DNA of 64,000 nt from an uncultured virus (IMG/VR IMGVR_UViG_3300028591_000107) (IMGVR_UViG_3300028591_000107), one strand, 5' to 3'. Shown: positions 56,589 through 64,000, counted from the first letter of the stretch. Notes: generated by a model from the sequence alone, not told the origin. Made by a program: numbers and translations.

Positions 56589-57497
56589 TTATTTTGTAAC
56601 GGATTTCATAAATTTATCATCTTTAAGTTTGTTCATTGCAGAACCTTCTTTATCTGGATAAGCAGAAGATTTATCATCAACGTCTGTACCACCTTTAAAT
56701 ACTTGAGGCATATCATCTCTTGAAGGTGCCGATTCGAATGGATAGTTATTTGCTTTTATATCTAAAAGTCTTTCTGTAATATAATTGATTATATCTTTTT
56801 TTATTTGCTTTGATAATTTTTTTGAAGATAACTTAGGAATATATTTACAATAAACATCTATTAAAGAATCATCAAAAGTATCTTCAAGATATTTTCTAAT
56901 TTTCTTTTCATCAAAATTTTTATCAAAGAAATTAGGACCATCTACTTTATTTGATGGGAGCTTACCATTATTATTGTTATTATCTGCTTTAACGGAAGCA
57001 ATTGTACCTTGAACTGCCTTAAGCATTTGAATTGGAGAAATATCACCATCATAATTGAATGATAATATTTTCCCATTTGGATTTAATGTTATTGCTTGTA
57101 ACCAAGTATGATGACCATCAATAACATAATTTTGTCTAAAAGTGACAATTGGTTTATTTATTTCAATAGGATCACTAAATGTTTTCTTTAATGATTCTTC
57201 GTTAACTAAAGCATGTTTTAATGATTTGTCTAAGTCAATTTCTTTTTGAGTTGGCATTAATTGTGATACTGGTATATTCTTTACAGAAAATGTTAATTTA
57301 GTATCTCCTAACACTCCCCCAAAACCATCCTCAAGCAGAGTTTTTGCTTTAGGATCTTCTAACATCTTATTAAGTGTATCTACATAATCTTCATAATTTT
57401 TATGTTTCAACCACTTCTCAAGCTCTTTACGACGTTGCTTATTAGAAGTAGTTGAAACTTCTCGAGATTCAAATATGTAATTATTTAATGATTTCAT
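56589..57497 (-). CDS. ParB/Srx-fold protein with capsid-targeting-like leader
   Basis: MKSLNNYIFE|S; LMPTQKEID...PIVTFRQNYVIDGHHTW. Confidence 0.65.
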   Translation of the reverse strand: MKSLNNYIFESREVSTTSNKQRRKELEKWLKHKNYEDYVDTLNKMLEDPKAKTLLEDGFGGVLGDTKLTFSVKNIPVSQLMPTQKEIDLDKSLKHALVNEESLKKTFSDPIEINKPIVTFRQNYVIDGHHTWLQAITLNPNGKILSFNYDGDISPIQMLKAVQGTIASVKADNNNNNGKLPSNKVDGPNFFDKNFDEKKIRKYLEDTFDDSLIDVYCKYIPKLSSKKLSKQIKKDIINYITERLLDIKANNYPFESAPSRDDMPQVFKGGTDVDDKSSAYPDKEGSAMNKLKDDKFMKSVTK

Positions 57498-57506
57498 TTA
57501 TGTAAA

Positions 57507-57830
57507 TTATGATAATGTTTCATTATAATACTTACAAACCTTTTCTGCTTCTTTAACATTTTTAAATACTGCAACCTTTGGATTGTTTTTATCTTTATCT
57601 TCAATATTTATAAATGCATTCCATGCTAAAATATCTCTATCATCATCAGGATTTACAAATACAACATCATCATTATGTTTTTTAACAATTACATTATATG
57701 GATATGCATCACCATCTTCATCTATCCAACCCAAAATGATGTTATCACCATCCTTTAAATCTAATATATTAACATAATATTTATTTATATCAACTTTAGT
57801 TTCATTAATATAATCTTTAATTGATTTCAT
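57507..57830 (-). CDS. leader-tagged putative capsid-internal protein
   Basis: MKSIKDYINE|T. Confidence 0.62.
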   Translation of the reverse strand: MKSIKDYINETKVDINKYYVNILDLKDGDNIILGWIDEDGDAYPYNVIVKKHNDDVVFVNPDDDRDILAWNAFINIEDKDKNNPKVAVFKNVKEAEKVCKYYNETLS

Positions 57831-57843
57831 ATATAAAATAATA

Positions 57844-57858
57844 ATTTATTAAAAATAA
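57844..57858 (-). promoter_or_regulatory. putative class II (late?) promoter motif
   Basis: minus strand ttatttttaataaat, between a terminator and the 8-gene tagged run. Confidence 0.4.
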
Positions 57859-57880
57859 TATTTATTAATGTTAAAAAAAT

Positions 57881-57909
57881 AGAAGATTGTTTCTTAGAAA
57901 CAATCTTCT
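57881..57909 (-). terminator. terminator hairpin
   Basis: agaagattgtttct-t-agaaacaatcttct then a T-rich tract on the minus strand. Confidence 0.75.
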
Positions 57910-57914
57910 TTATG

Positions 57915-58436
57915 TTATTTTCTATATTCTAATGAGTCTTCGTCAAATTGTATTTCAATTGGATATTCATTTTCATTATTTGATTCTGATGCTTTAAATA
58001 TATCAATCAATTTTTCTTGTACATTTTCTTCGGTAACATCTATCATATCAAACCTATCAAATTCAATAATATATACCAAATTTTTAATTTTAAAATAGTC
58101 AAGTTTTACGTCATCATTAGTTTTCTTTACATCATATTTCGAATCCCATTCAATATATTCTTTAGGTTCTATGTCAATATGTTCAAATGTATCATATTCA
58201 AAATGTACGTCAACAATGTTTTCAAAATTACTTCCAAAGAATTTTTCCGAATAATCTTGTCCGGATGGCAATTGATTTAACCATCTGTCATCCATATATT
58301 GTTGTATATCTGATTCTTGAAATGTTTCAGGAGCCTGTAATATAATTTCTTCAGGTTGAACTATATATGTTGCAATAACAGAGTTCAATCTGTAATTTTC
58401 AACAGCTTCTTTAATATATGTTTTAAATGATTTCAT
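57915..58436 (-). CDS. leader-tagged acidic putative capsid-internal protein
   Basis: MKSFKTYIKE|A. Confidence 0.62.
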   Translation of the reverse strand: MKSFKTYIKEAVENYRLNSVIATYIVQPEEIILQAPETFQESDIQQYMDDRWLNQLPSGQDYSEKFFGSNFENIVDVHFEYDTFEHIDIEPKEYIEWDSKYDVKKTNDDVKLDYFKIKNLVYIIEFDRFDMIDVTEENVQEKLIDIFKASESNNENEYPIEIQFDEDSLEYRK

Positions 58437-58442
58437 AATAAA

Positions 58443-58784
58443 CTATACAGATATTTTTTCTATATTTGTCATCAAATCATATGCAAACAATAATACATCT
58501 TCCAAAATTTCATCACAATATTTTTTATATTTTATATTATTTTTTAATATTTCAGATAATGTATTTTCAAATTCACTATAATCTGATAATTCCCCTCTAT
58601 CAATTGCATCATTCAAATTATCTGGATCATCAAATTGACCTATTTCATTCATTATACTATCTGGAGTGATTTTACATTTTTTAAGTGCTTCACCAGATAA
58701 TTTTATGATGTCATTTTGACTAATATATTTATTATTCCAAAAGTTATTGGTTTTTTCTACAATATATGTATCAATATTTTTCAT
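58443..58784 (-). CDS. leader-tagged putative capsid-internal protein
   Basis: MKNIDTYIVE|K. Confidence 0.6.
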   Translation of the reverse strand: MKNIDTYIVEKTNNFWNNKYISQNDIIKLSGEALKKCKITPDSIMNEIGQFDDPDNLNDAIDRGELSDYSEFENTLSEILKNNIKYKKYCDEILEDVLLFAYDLMTNIEKISV

Positions 58785-59959
58785 TATTCTTCTATTGATA
58801 TATTCTCTTTAATATTAATATAATAAGGACCTTCATGCATATTACGTTCAATATCATTTTGACATTCCTTCATAAGTTCATATACATTAGTCAATAATTG
58901 TTTAACTTGTTTATTAGTTAAAATAAAGTTAACAACCTTATTACAGAAATATGTAATTTGTGAAGGCGCACATTTATATTTCTTTGCTAAATCTTTATTA
59001 GATATCTTTTTATGATCATTAAGTCCTCTAGCAGCATAAAATATATTCATAGTTTTCTTATCGAAATTTTTCTCAATAAGTTCAAATGCTTTATCCCAAG
59101 ATTTTTTGATATCTTCTTGATCCAAGTTTGCAGAAGCATCATCAACTTGACCCATAAAGTCAAATAATGATTTATTACCATCTTCACCATTCTTAACTGT
59201 CTTATCACCTGATATAGAATAGTTTCTTGTATTCTTTCCTGTTTCTGCCTTTTCTTTTCTTTGTTGAGATACTGGAATCTTCACCAAGTGTGACAATTCC
59301 TTAATTCCATCAAGAATAAAATTTCGAATAATCCATGCAGCATATTGACCAAATGTCAATTTAGTAACATCTTGATCATTACCATCTACATCCTTTTTAA
59401 CTCTTTTAGGGGCACCATATTGTTGCATTGCGTAATGTAAACCTTTATTACCCTCTTGCACCAAATCATCAAATCCCATATTTGATTTACCATCAAATTG
59501 GTGAGCAATTTTCATTACAAGTGGTTGATATTGTTTAGCTGCATTATTACGACCTTGTTCAGTATCAAGAGAAAGAATAAAATATTCAGCAGGTCTTTCC
59601 TTATTTAATATATGTTTAAATTCTTCTTCTGTAAAGAATACTGGAATTTCACGATATCTTCCAGATTTTACGACAGCATATATGTTATCCCATAAATCTT
59701 TATTTGATGCATTGGCTCTACCTTTATTATAAAAACCGGCTAATACATTATCTTCATCTGATTCCAATTCTGTAAGATAGGTGTTATTATGATCTATTAA
59801 ATATTGAATAACATATTTTGTATTAGGAGATAATACTTTGTCTGCTAACTTTAAGTATTTTTCTAAATCACTAGAACTAATATAATTTATTGTTTTGTCA
59901 CCTACATTAATTTTATTAATTTTTGACTGTGCTTCAACAATTGTTGTTAAATTTTTCAT
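58784..59959 (-). CDS. sigma70-family sigma factor with capsid-targeting-like leader
   Basis: MKNLTTIVE|A; QYQPLVMKIAHQF...FDDLVQEGNKGLHYAMQQY...TFGQYAAWIIRNFI...LVKIP; region 4-like IFYAARGLNDHKKISNKDLAKKY. Confidence 0.85.
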   Translation of the reverse strand: MKNLTTIVEAQSKINKINVGDKTINYISSSDLEKYLKLADKVLSPNTKYVIQYLIDHNNTYLTELESDEDNVLAGFYNKGRANASNKDLWDNIYAVVKSGRYREIPVFFTEEEFKHILNKERPAEYFILSLDTEQGRNNAAKQYQPLVMKIAHQFDGKSNMGFDDLVQEGNKGLHYAMQQYGAPKRVKKDVDGNDQDVTKLTFGQYAAWIIRNFILDGIKELSHLVKIPVSQQRKEKAETGKNTRNYSISGDKTVKNGEDGNKSLFDFMGQVDDASANLDQEDIKKSWDKAFELIEKNFDKKTMNIFYAARGLNDHKKISNKDLAKKYKCAPSQITYFCNKVVNFILTNKQVKQLLTNVYELMKECQNDIERNMHEGPYYINIKENISIEE

Positions 59960-60010
59960 AAAAAATCTATTTAATTAAATATTTAATTTGTTATTATTTA
60001 AGTTCAACTT

Positions 60011-60070
60011 TGCAAAATTATTAATAATAATAGAATTAAATTGAAAAAATTCAATCATTAATTTCTATTT
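60011..60070. promoter_or_regulatory. divergent promoter region
   Basis: Minus: TTGAAT-N16-TATTAT (60054..60027) and TAATTTTGCA (60020..60011, Bacteroidota -7 type). Plus: TTGAAA...CTATTTT. Central ttgaaaaaattcaa is quasi-palindromic. Confidence 0.55.
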
Positions 60071-60113
60071 TAACATTAATTAAACTTTTATTAAAAATAA
60101 TTTATTTTAGATA

Positions 60114-60635
60114 ATGAATATAATTAAAACCGTATGTTCATGGACATTAACCTATAAATTTTTTAATTTATTTTATTCTTTATATGTTTATATTAAAGAT
60201 TTAAATTATATAGGAGAAACATTTTATTCTGAAGCATTTAAAAGAGTGTTAAAAGAATATATAAATGTTGATATTGAAAAGGATTGGATAGGTCGTTTAT
60301 ATGGTGTTATCAATCCATTAATTGATATGAATGGAAAATTTAACATTAATAATATGATTATAGTGTTAGATGAAGATAATACAAACAATAATGATCAAGT
60401 TCAATATTTTGTACATAAACAACTATCGCTAATTTCAGAATTATTTAAAATAGAAAAATTATATGATTATATAAATTTATCATTTGAACAAGTTGGTCCT
60501 GAAAATTCAGATAATTATTTATTAATATTTGATATAATATCTCGAAAAGTTTTGGCTAATAATTTCAAGAAATTTATAATACAATTGTTAATTTATGTTA
60601 TAATTTTTCTATCTTTAATTATGTTTGTATTATAA
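60114..60635 (+). CDS. hypothetical protein with C-terminal transmembrane helix
   Basis: FIIQLLIYVIIFLSLIMFVL. Confidence 0.7.
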   Translation: MNIIKTVCSWTLTYKFFNLFYSLYVYIKDLNYIGETFYSEAFKRVLKEYINVDIEKDWIGRLYGVINPLIDMNGKFNINNMIIVLDEDNTNNNDQVQYFVHKQLSLISELFKIEKLYDYINLSFEQVGPENSDNYLLIFDIISRKVLANNFKKFIIQLLIYVIIFLSLIMFVL

Positions 60636-60667
60636 ACAAACTTTAAAAATATATTTTTATAATTAAA

Positions 60668-61177
60668 ATGATTAATCCAGAAGAAAAACAAAAGCAATTG
60701 CAAGAATTTGATGCTTCTTTGGAAGGAAAAACACTTGATGAATTAAAGGCTATTGAACAAGACATTATTAAAGAAGCCGAAGATTTGGATAAAGAAGTAT
60801 CTGAAACAGAATTTAAATTACCTAAAAAGAATTATGCAACAGTAGCTAAGGCTATACATACACTTCTTGAGAAAAAGACAGTACAATGGCAATTTACTCT
60901 TGGAATGATTGCATTATATGATTTTTGGGATGAAAAGAAAAATCCAGGTAAAGTTAAGTATCCTGTGTTAGACAGTACTTTACGTACTCTTGGGGAAGCT
61001 TCATTTACTGGTTATGAAGAGTGGGCTGCCGTAGTAGCTATTAATAAGTATTTTGAAGATATTCGTGAAGAATATATCAATATAACTGAAAAGGTTTATG
61101 ACGTAGCATCTAAACACAATGCAGTAATTGATAGAATTCAAAAGGCAACTCCAATTGGTGAAGTTAAACAACAATAA
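60668..61177 (+). CDS. hypothetical helical protein
   Basis: 169-aa ORF followed by a terminator. Confidence 0.75.
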   Translation: MINPEEKQKQLQEFDASLEGKTLDELKAIEQDIIKEAEDLDKEVSETEFKLPKKNYATVAKAIHTLLEKKTVQWQFTLGMIALYDFWDEKKNPGKVKYPVLDSTLRTLGEASFTGYEEWAAVVAINKYFEDIREEYINITEKVYDVASKHNAVIDRIQKATPIGEVKQQ

Positions 61178-61215
61178 TTAAGCTATTTAAGTTTATTTAT
61201 ATTTAATTTGTTATT

Positions 61216-61247
61216 AAAGTGTAACTCATATGTGGTTACACTTTTTT
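61216..61247 (+). terminator. intrinsic terminator
   Basis: aaagtgtaac-tcatatgtg-gttacacttt + T-run. Confidence 0.8.
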
Positions 61248-61258
61248 ATTTTTAATAA

Positions 61259-61477
61259 ATGGCTAAAAAGAAAAAAATATTATTAAAACCCAAATCTGAC
61301 ATAGGAATGAATAGAGAATTACCTATGTGTTATAATTGTATGTGGAGGCATAAAGATACTGGTTGGTGTCCAATGTATGATGAATTTTATGATTATAATC
61401 ACATATGTCCAACCAAAAAAATATTCAGATACAATTTTGAATTAATGGAATTAGGTTATAAGAATTTACATATTTAA
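61259..61477 (+). CDS. small Cys-rich hypothetical protein
   Basis: CYNC...WCP...HIC. Confidence 0.6.
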   Translation: MAKKKKILLKPKSDIGMNRELPMCYNCMWRHKDTGWCPMYDEFYDYNHICPTKKIFRYNFELMELGYKNLHI

Positions 61478-61891
61478 ATGGGATTAAATGTTGCGATAGT
61501 TGGTTCAAGAGATATAAATAATTTAGAATTATTAGAAAATATATGGAAAGAATTGAAACTTCCATATAATGATGTATGTATTATATCTGGAGGAGCTGTT
61601 GGTGTAGATACTAATGGAGAAGAATTTGCACATAAATATGATATATTAACTCATATATTTAAACCTAATTGGGATAGATATGGTAAACGCGCAGGATTTA
61701 AACGTAATGAAGATATTATTAAAAATTGTGATATATGTATAGCAATTTGGGATGGTAAATCTCCAGGTACAAAACATTCTATGGATTTATGTAAAGCTTA
61801 TTTTAAAAGATTATATGTTTGGAATAATTCACCAGGACAAAAACGATTATATACATATAAATACGAAAACACTCAATTAGAATTGTTTTAA
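61478..61891 (+). CDS. SLOG-superfamily protein (YspA/DUF2493-like)
   Basis: AIVGSR, ISGGAVGVD, PNW..YGKRAGFKRN, IWDGKSPGT. Confidence 0.85.
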   Translation: MGLNVAIVGSRDINNLELLENIWKELKLPYNDVCIISGGAVGVDTNGEEFAHKYDILTHIFKPNWDRYGKRAGFKRNEDIIKNCDICIAIWDGKSPGTKHSMDLCKAYFKRLYVWNNSPGQKRLYTYKYENTQLELF

Positions 61892-61924
61892 GAGTTGAAC
61901 TTAGGTTCAACTCTTTTCTATTTT
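61890..61924 (+). promoter_or_regulatory. terminator hairpin overlapping a class I-like promoter
   Basis: aagagttgaac-ttag-gttcaactctt; TTGAAC-N18-TATTTT with preceding C. Confidence 0.55.
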
Positions 61925-61947
61925 ATTAAAAATATATTAAAAATAGT

Positions 61948-62538
61948 ATGTATTTTCAAGGACCATTCTTGTTATTGAATGAAAAAAATGGACATTATTT
62001 TGAAATTGATAAAATAAATATAACTACAGAATTTGATCAAGTATGTAAAATAGACTTTTATTTATGTCAAAATCATAATAATGAACATGAATTAAATGAT
62101 ATGTTTTATAAAGATAAATTATTTGAATCTATTGATGGTGGACAAGGTTTTTCTAAAAGTTTTTTGGCTGATTATATATTATATGAATTAATTAAAGTGG
62201 ATAAAAAAACTTATAGAAAGAAAAAATCATTAGAATTAAAAGTTGGATTACTTATTTCTCATAATTTTAAAGAATCATATTGTACAGTTCATTTTGATTA
62301 TTTTATTGTTAATTCAGATTCAAAATTACATTCTTATATAAATAAAGAACAAGCTTTATATAATCAAGAACGTCAACTTCGATTAGAAACAGCTAGACTT
62401 TTATTAAATCAAAATTTTTATAATTTTGAAGAATATGAAATAGACCAAAAAGAAAAGGAATTAGATGAAATACAAAATAGTTGGAGAAAATTTACTCCAT
62501 GTGGTCTTTATAAATTATGGGTTAATGGGAGATTTTAA
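61948..62538 (+). CDS. hypothetical protein
   Basis: 196-aa ORF. Confidence 0.7.
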   Translation: MYFQGPFLLLNEKNGHYFEIDKINITTEFDQVCKIDFYLCQNHNNEHELNDMFYKDKLFESIDGGQGFSKSFLADYILYELIKVDKKTYRKKKSLELKVGLLISHNFKESYCTVHFDYFIVNSDSKLHSYINKEQALYNQERQLRLETARLLLNQNFYNFEEYEIDQKEKELDEIQNSWRKFTPCGLYKLWVNGRF

Positions 62539-62540
62539 TT

Positions 62541-64000
62541 ATGATACATTTTATATTTACAGAAGATGATCCAAGATATTTGTTTTTAAAATTTGATAAT
62601 TTAGAAGATGATTTAAATTTACAAAAATTAAAAGAACATATTAATCTTGTAGATCCCATATGTTATTTAGCAACATATCAAGGAAGAGAACCATTTACTC
62701 AAGATTTTTTATACGAATATATTCAACCAACAGGTACAAAAATATATTATTGTTCTATTGGTTTATGGCAAGAGATTTATATATTTTTTAGAGATAATAA
62801 TATTCCATTTGATGGTCTTTTGGATCACCAACAATTCTTTAAAAGAAAAATGCAACATTCATTTGAGGAATTTAAAGAAATTGTTGATAGTTGGGGTATG
62901 TCAAGAACACCAAGACCTTATCAATATGAGTCAGCATATAAAATTTTGACATGGAAACAATCTATAAGTGAACTAGCTACACGTGCCGGTAAAACACTTA
63001 TAGCATATATGGTGTTTAGATATTGTGTAGAATATCTTGGTGCAAAAAGAATGTTAATGATAGTTCCATCAATTGACTTGGTAACACAAGGTTTTAATGA
63101 CTTTAATGAATATAAAGAATTTTTCAAAACTGAATGTATTTGGGCAGGAGGTAAATTAGTAGAATCTGCAAATTTGACAATAGGCACTTTTCAATCTCTT
63201 ATAAAATTCTTGGAGAAAAAAGATGCAAAAGGAAAACCTAATAAAAAATATAATCCGCATTTTTTTGATGGTTATGACATAGTATTTGTTGATGAAACAC
63301 ATAGAGCTACAGCCGAACAAATGAAAACAATTATTAGTCAGCCTTTTATGAAAAGTGTAAAAATAGCCTATGGAATGACAGGTACAATTCCACCAAAAAA
63401 CACTATTCCATATTTTTGTCTTAAATCGTTATTAGGCGCAACCATACAAATTATAAAACCTTATCAATTGATGGAACAAGGTTATATATCAAAGGTTAAG
63501 ATAAAACAAATAAGATTACATTATAAAGATAAAAATTTAGAAAAAAATGCATATATGAAATGTGCAGAATATGCCATTGGGGATTTCAAATTAGAACCAG
63601 ATCCTAAAAAACCTGGTAAGATGAAAAAAATACCTTTAGAAAATCCAATTCATCAATTAAAGTTTGAAAAGAATATACCTGGTGGTGTATTAGATACTAA
63701 ACATTTAATATTTGGTGATAAGAAAGAAGATGATTTAATGTATAATGAAATGAGAGATGCATATATAAAAGCATTAAAAACATTATTAGCAGAATCGAAA
63801 AATTCAAATGCGTTGGTTGTTGAAAGATATACAACCCATTTTATGAATGCTCGTATAGATTATTTATGTAATAATGTTTTACCAATATGTGTTAATAATA
63901 CATTAATACTTGGACATCATACAACTTATTTACAATATTTGACTGAAATAATTAAGCAACGTTTTCCAACTAGAAATGTTGTAACAATTACTGGAAGTGT
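62541..64000 (+). CDS. uvsW: UvsW-like SF2 DNA helicase, 3'-truncated by window edge (absent from ORF track)
   Basis: Own translation from ATG 62541: PRPYQ, ELATRAGKT, IVPSIDLVTQ, VFVDETHRA, GMTGT. Confidence 0.85.
   Translation, partial: MIHFIFTEDDPRYLFLKFDNLEDDLNLQKLKEHINLVDPICYLATYQGREPFTQDFLYEYIQPTGTKIYYCSIGLWQEIYIFFRDNNIPFDGLLDHQQFFKRKMQHSFEEFKEIVDSWGMSRTPRPYQYESAYKILTWKQSISELATRAGKTLIAYMVFRYCVEYLGAKRMLMIVPSIDLVTQGFNDFNEYKEFFKTECIWAGGKLVESANLTIGTFQSLIKFLEKKDAKGKPNKKYNPHFFDGYDIVFVDETHRATAEQMKTIISQPFMKSVKIAYGMTGTIPPKNTIPYFCLKSLLGATIQIIKPYQLMEQGYISKVKIKQIRLHYKDKNLEKNAYMKCAEYAIGDFKLEPDPKKPGKMKKIPLENPIHQLKFEKNIPGGVLDTKHLIFGDKKEDDLMYNEMRDAYIKALKTLLAESKNSNALVVERYTTHFMNARIDYLCNNVLPICVNNTLILGHHTTYLQYLTEIIKQRFPTRNVVTITGS

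Noticed and set aside
1169..58669. Many short antisense or out-of-frame track ORFs (e.g. 1169, 6006, 16719, 22111, 22501, 25955, 34402, 46888, 52076, 58017)
   Set aside because: Nested within well-supported genes, with F/S/I/L-biased mirror-image composition
62758..63187. Track ORFs 62758..62949 (+) and 62921..63187 (-)
   Set aside because: They overlap the real UvsW-like helicase frame starting at 62541
1..64000. Stop-codon reassignment (TAG=Gln as in Lak and some crAss-like phages, or TGA recoding)
   Set aside because: All long genes, including the polymerase, topoisomerases and the 1226-aa and 539-aa putative virion proteins, are uninterrupted in code 11. TAG stops are rare (9601, 37712, 58443); the one at 58443 is in frame with the next gene, but that gene has its own leader. 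TGA stops often form normal ATGA overlaps.
1..64000. Bacterial chromosome or prophage (because of clpX, clpP, mnmA and sigma factors)
   Set aside because: These genes are scattered among small hypothetical genes with T4-like PolB, topoisomerase and UvsW; no integrase, bacterial operons or rRNA
1..64000. tRNA or rRNA genes
   Set aside because: No cloverleaf with a GTTCRA T-loop found by eye in the short intergenic gaps; the gttcga at 45350 is the centre of a terminator palindrome. tRNAscan-SE would confirm

Overview
Very AT-rich, densely coding segment of a large lytic dsDNA phage (jumbo/megaphage-like). It carries T4-like core genes: family B DNA polymerase, two topoisomerase II subunits and a UvsW-like helicase. 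The standard genetic code fits every long gene. The host is probably Bacteroidota (inference: Bacteroidales-type MnmA, no evident Shine-Dalgarno sites, A-rich leaders, TTG-N19/20-TAnnTT promoter spacing). Accessory genes include ClpP, ClpX, MnmA, an ADP-ribosylglycohydrolase, a DarG-like macrodomain, a metallophosphoesterase, a DEDD exonuclease, several glycosyltransferase-like genes and two sigma70-family factors. Main findings: (1) About 15 otherwise unrelated proteins, 11 of them consecutive at 54.5-60.0 kb, begin with the same 9-14 residue leader MK[NSDQ][ILF]xx[YFIK]IxE. It closely resembles the T4 capsid-targeting sequence that the prohead protease cleaves. The tagged set includes a sigma70 factor, a PD-(D/E)XK nuclease, a ParB/Srx-fold protein and a 1226-aa membrane protein, suggesting a virion-packaged injected cargo system with its own sigma factor. 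(2) A recurrent promoter motif, TTGAAW-N16/18-TATATT with a C fixed just before the TATATT box, plus a second AT-rich motif before tagged or structural genes. (3) A four-gene helicase + nuclease + split N6-adenine methyltransferase module resembling a dismembered type ISP restriction-modification enzyme, lying between the two topoisomerase genes. No tRNA, rRNA or CRISPR array was seen. All functional calls come from motif recognition by eye; no searches were run.
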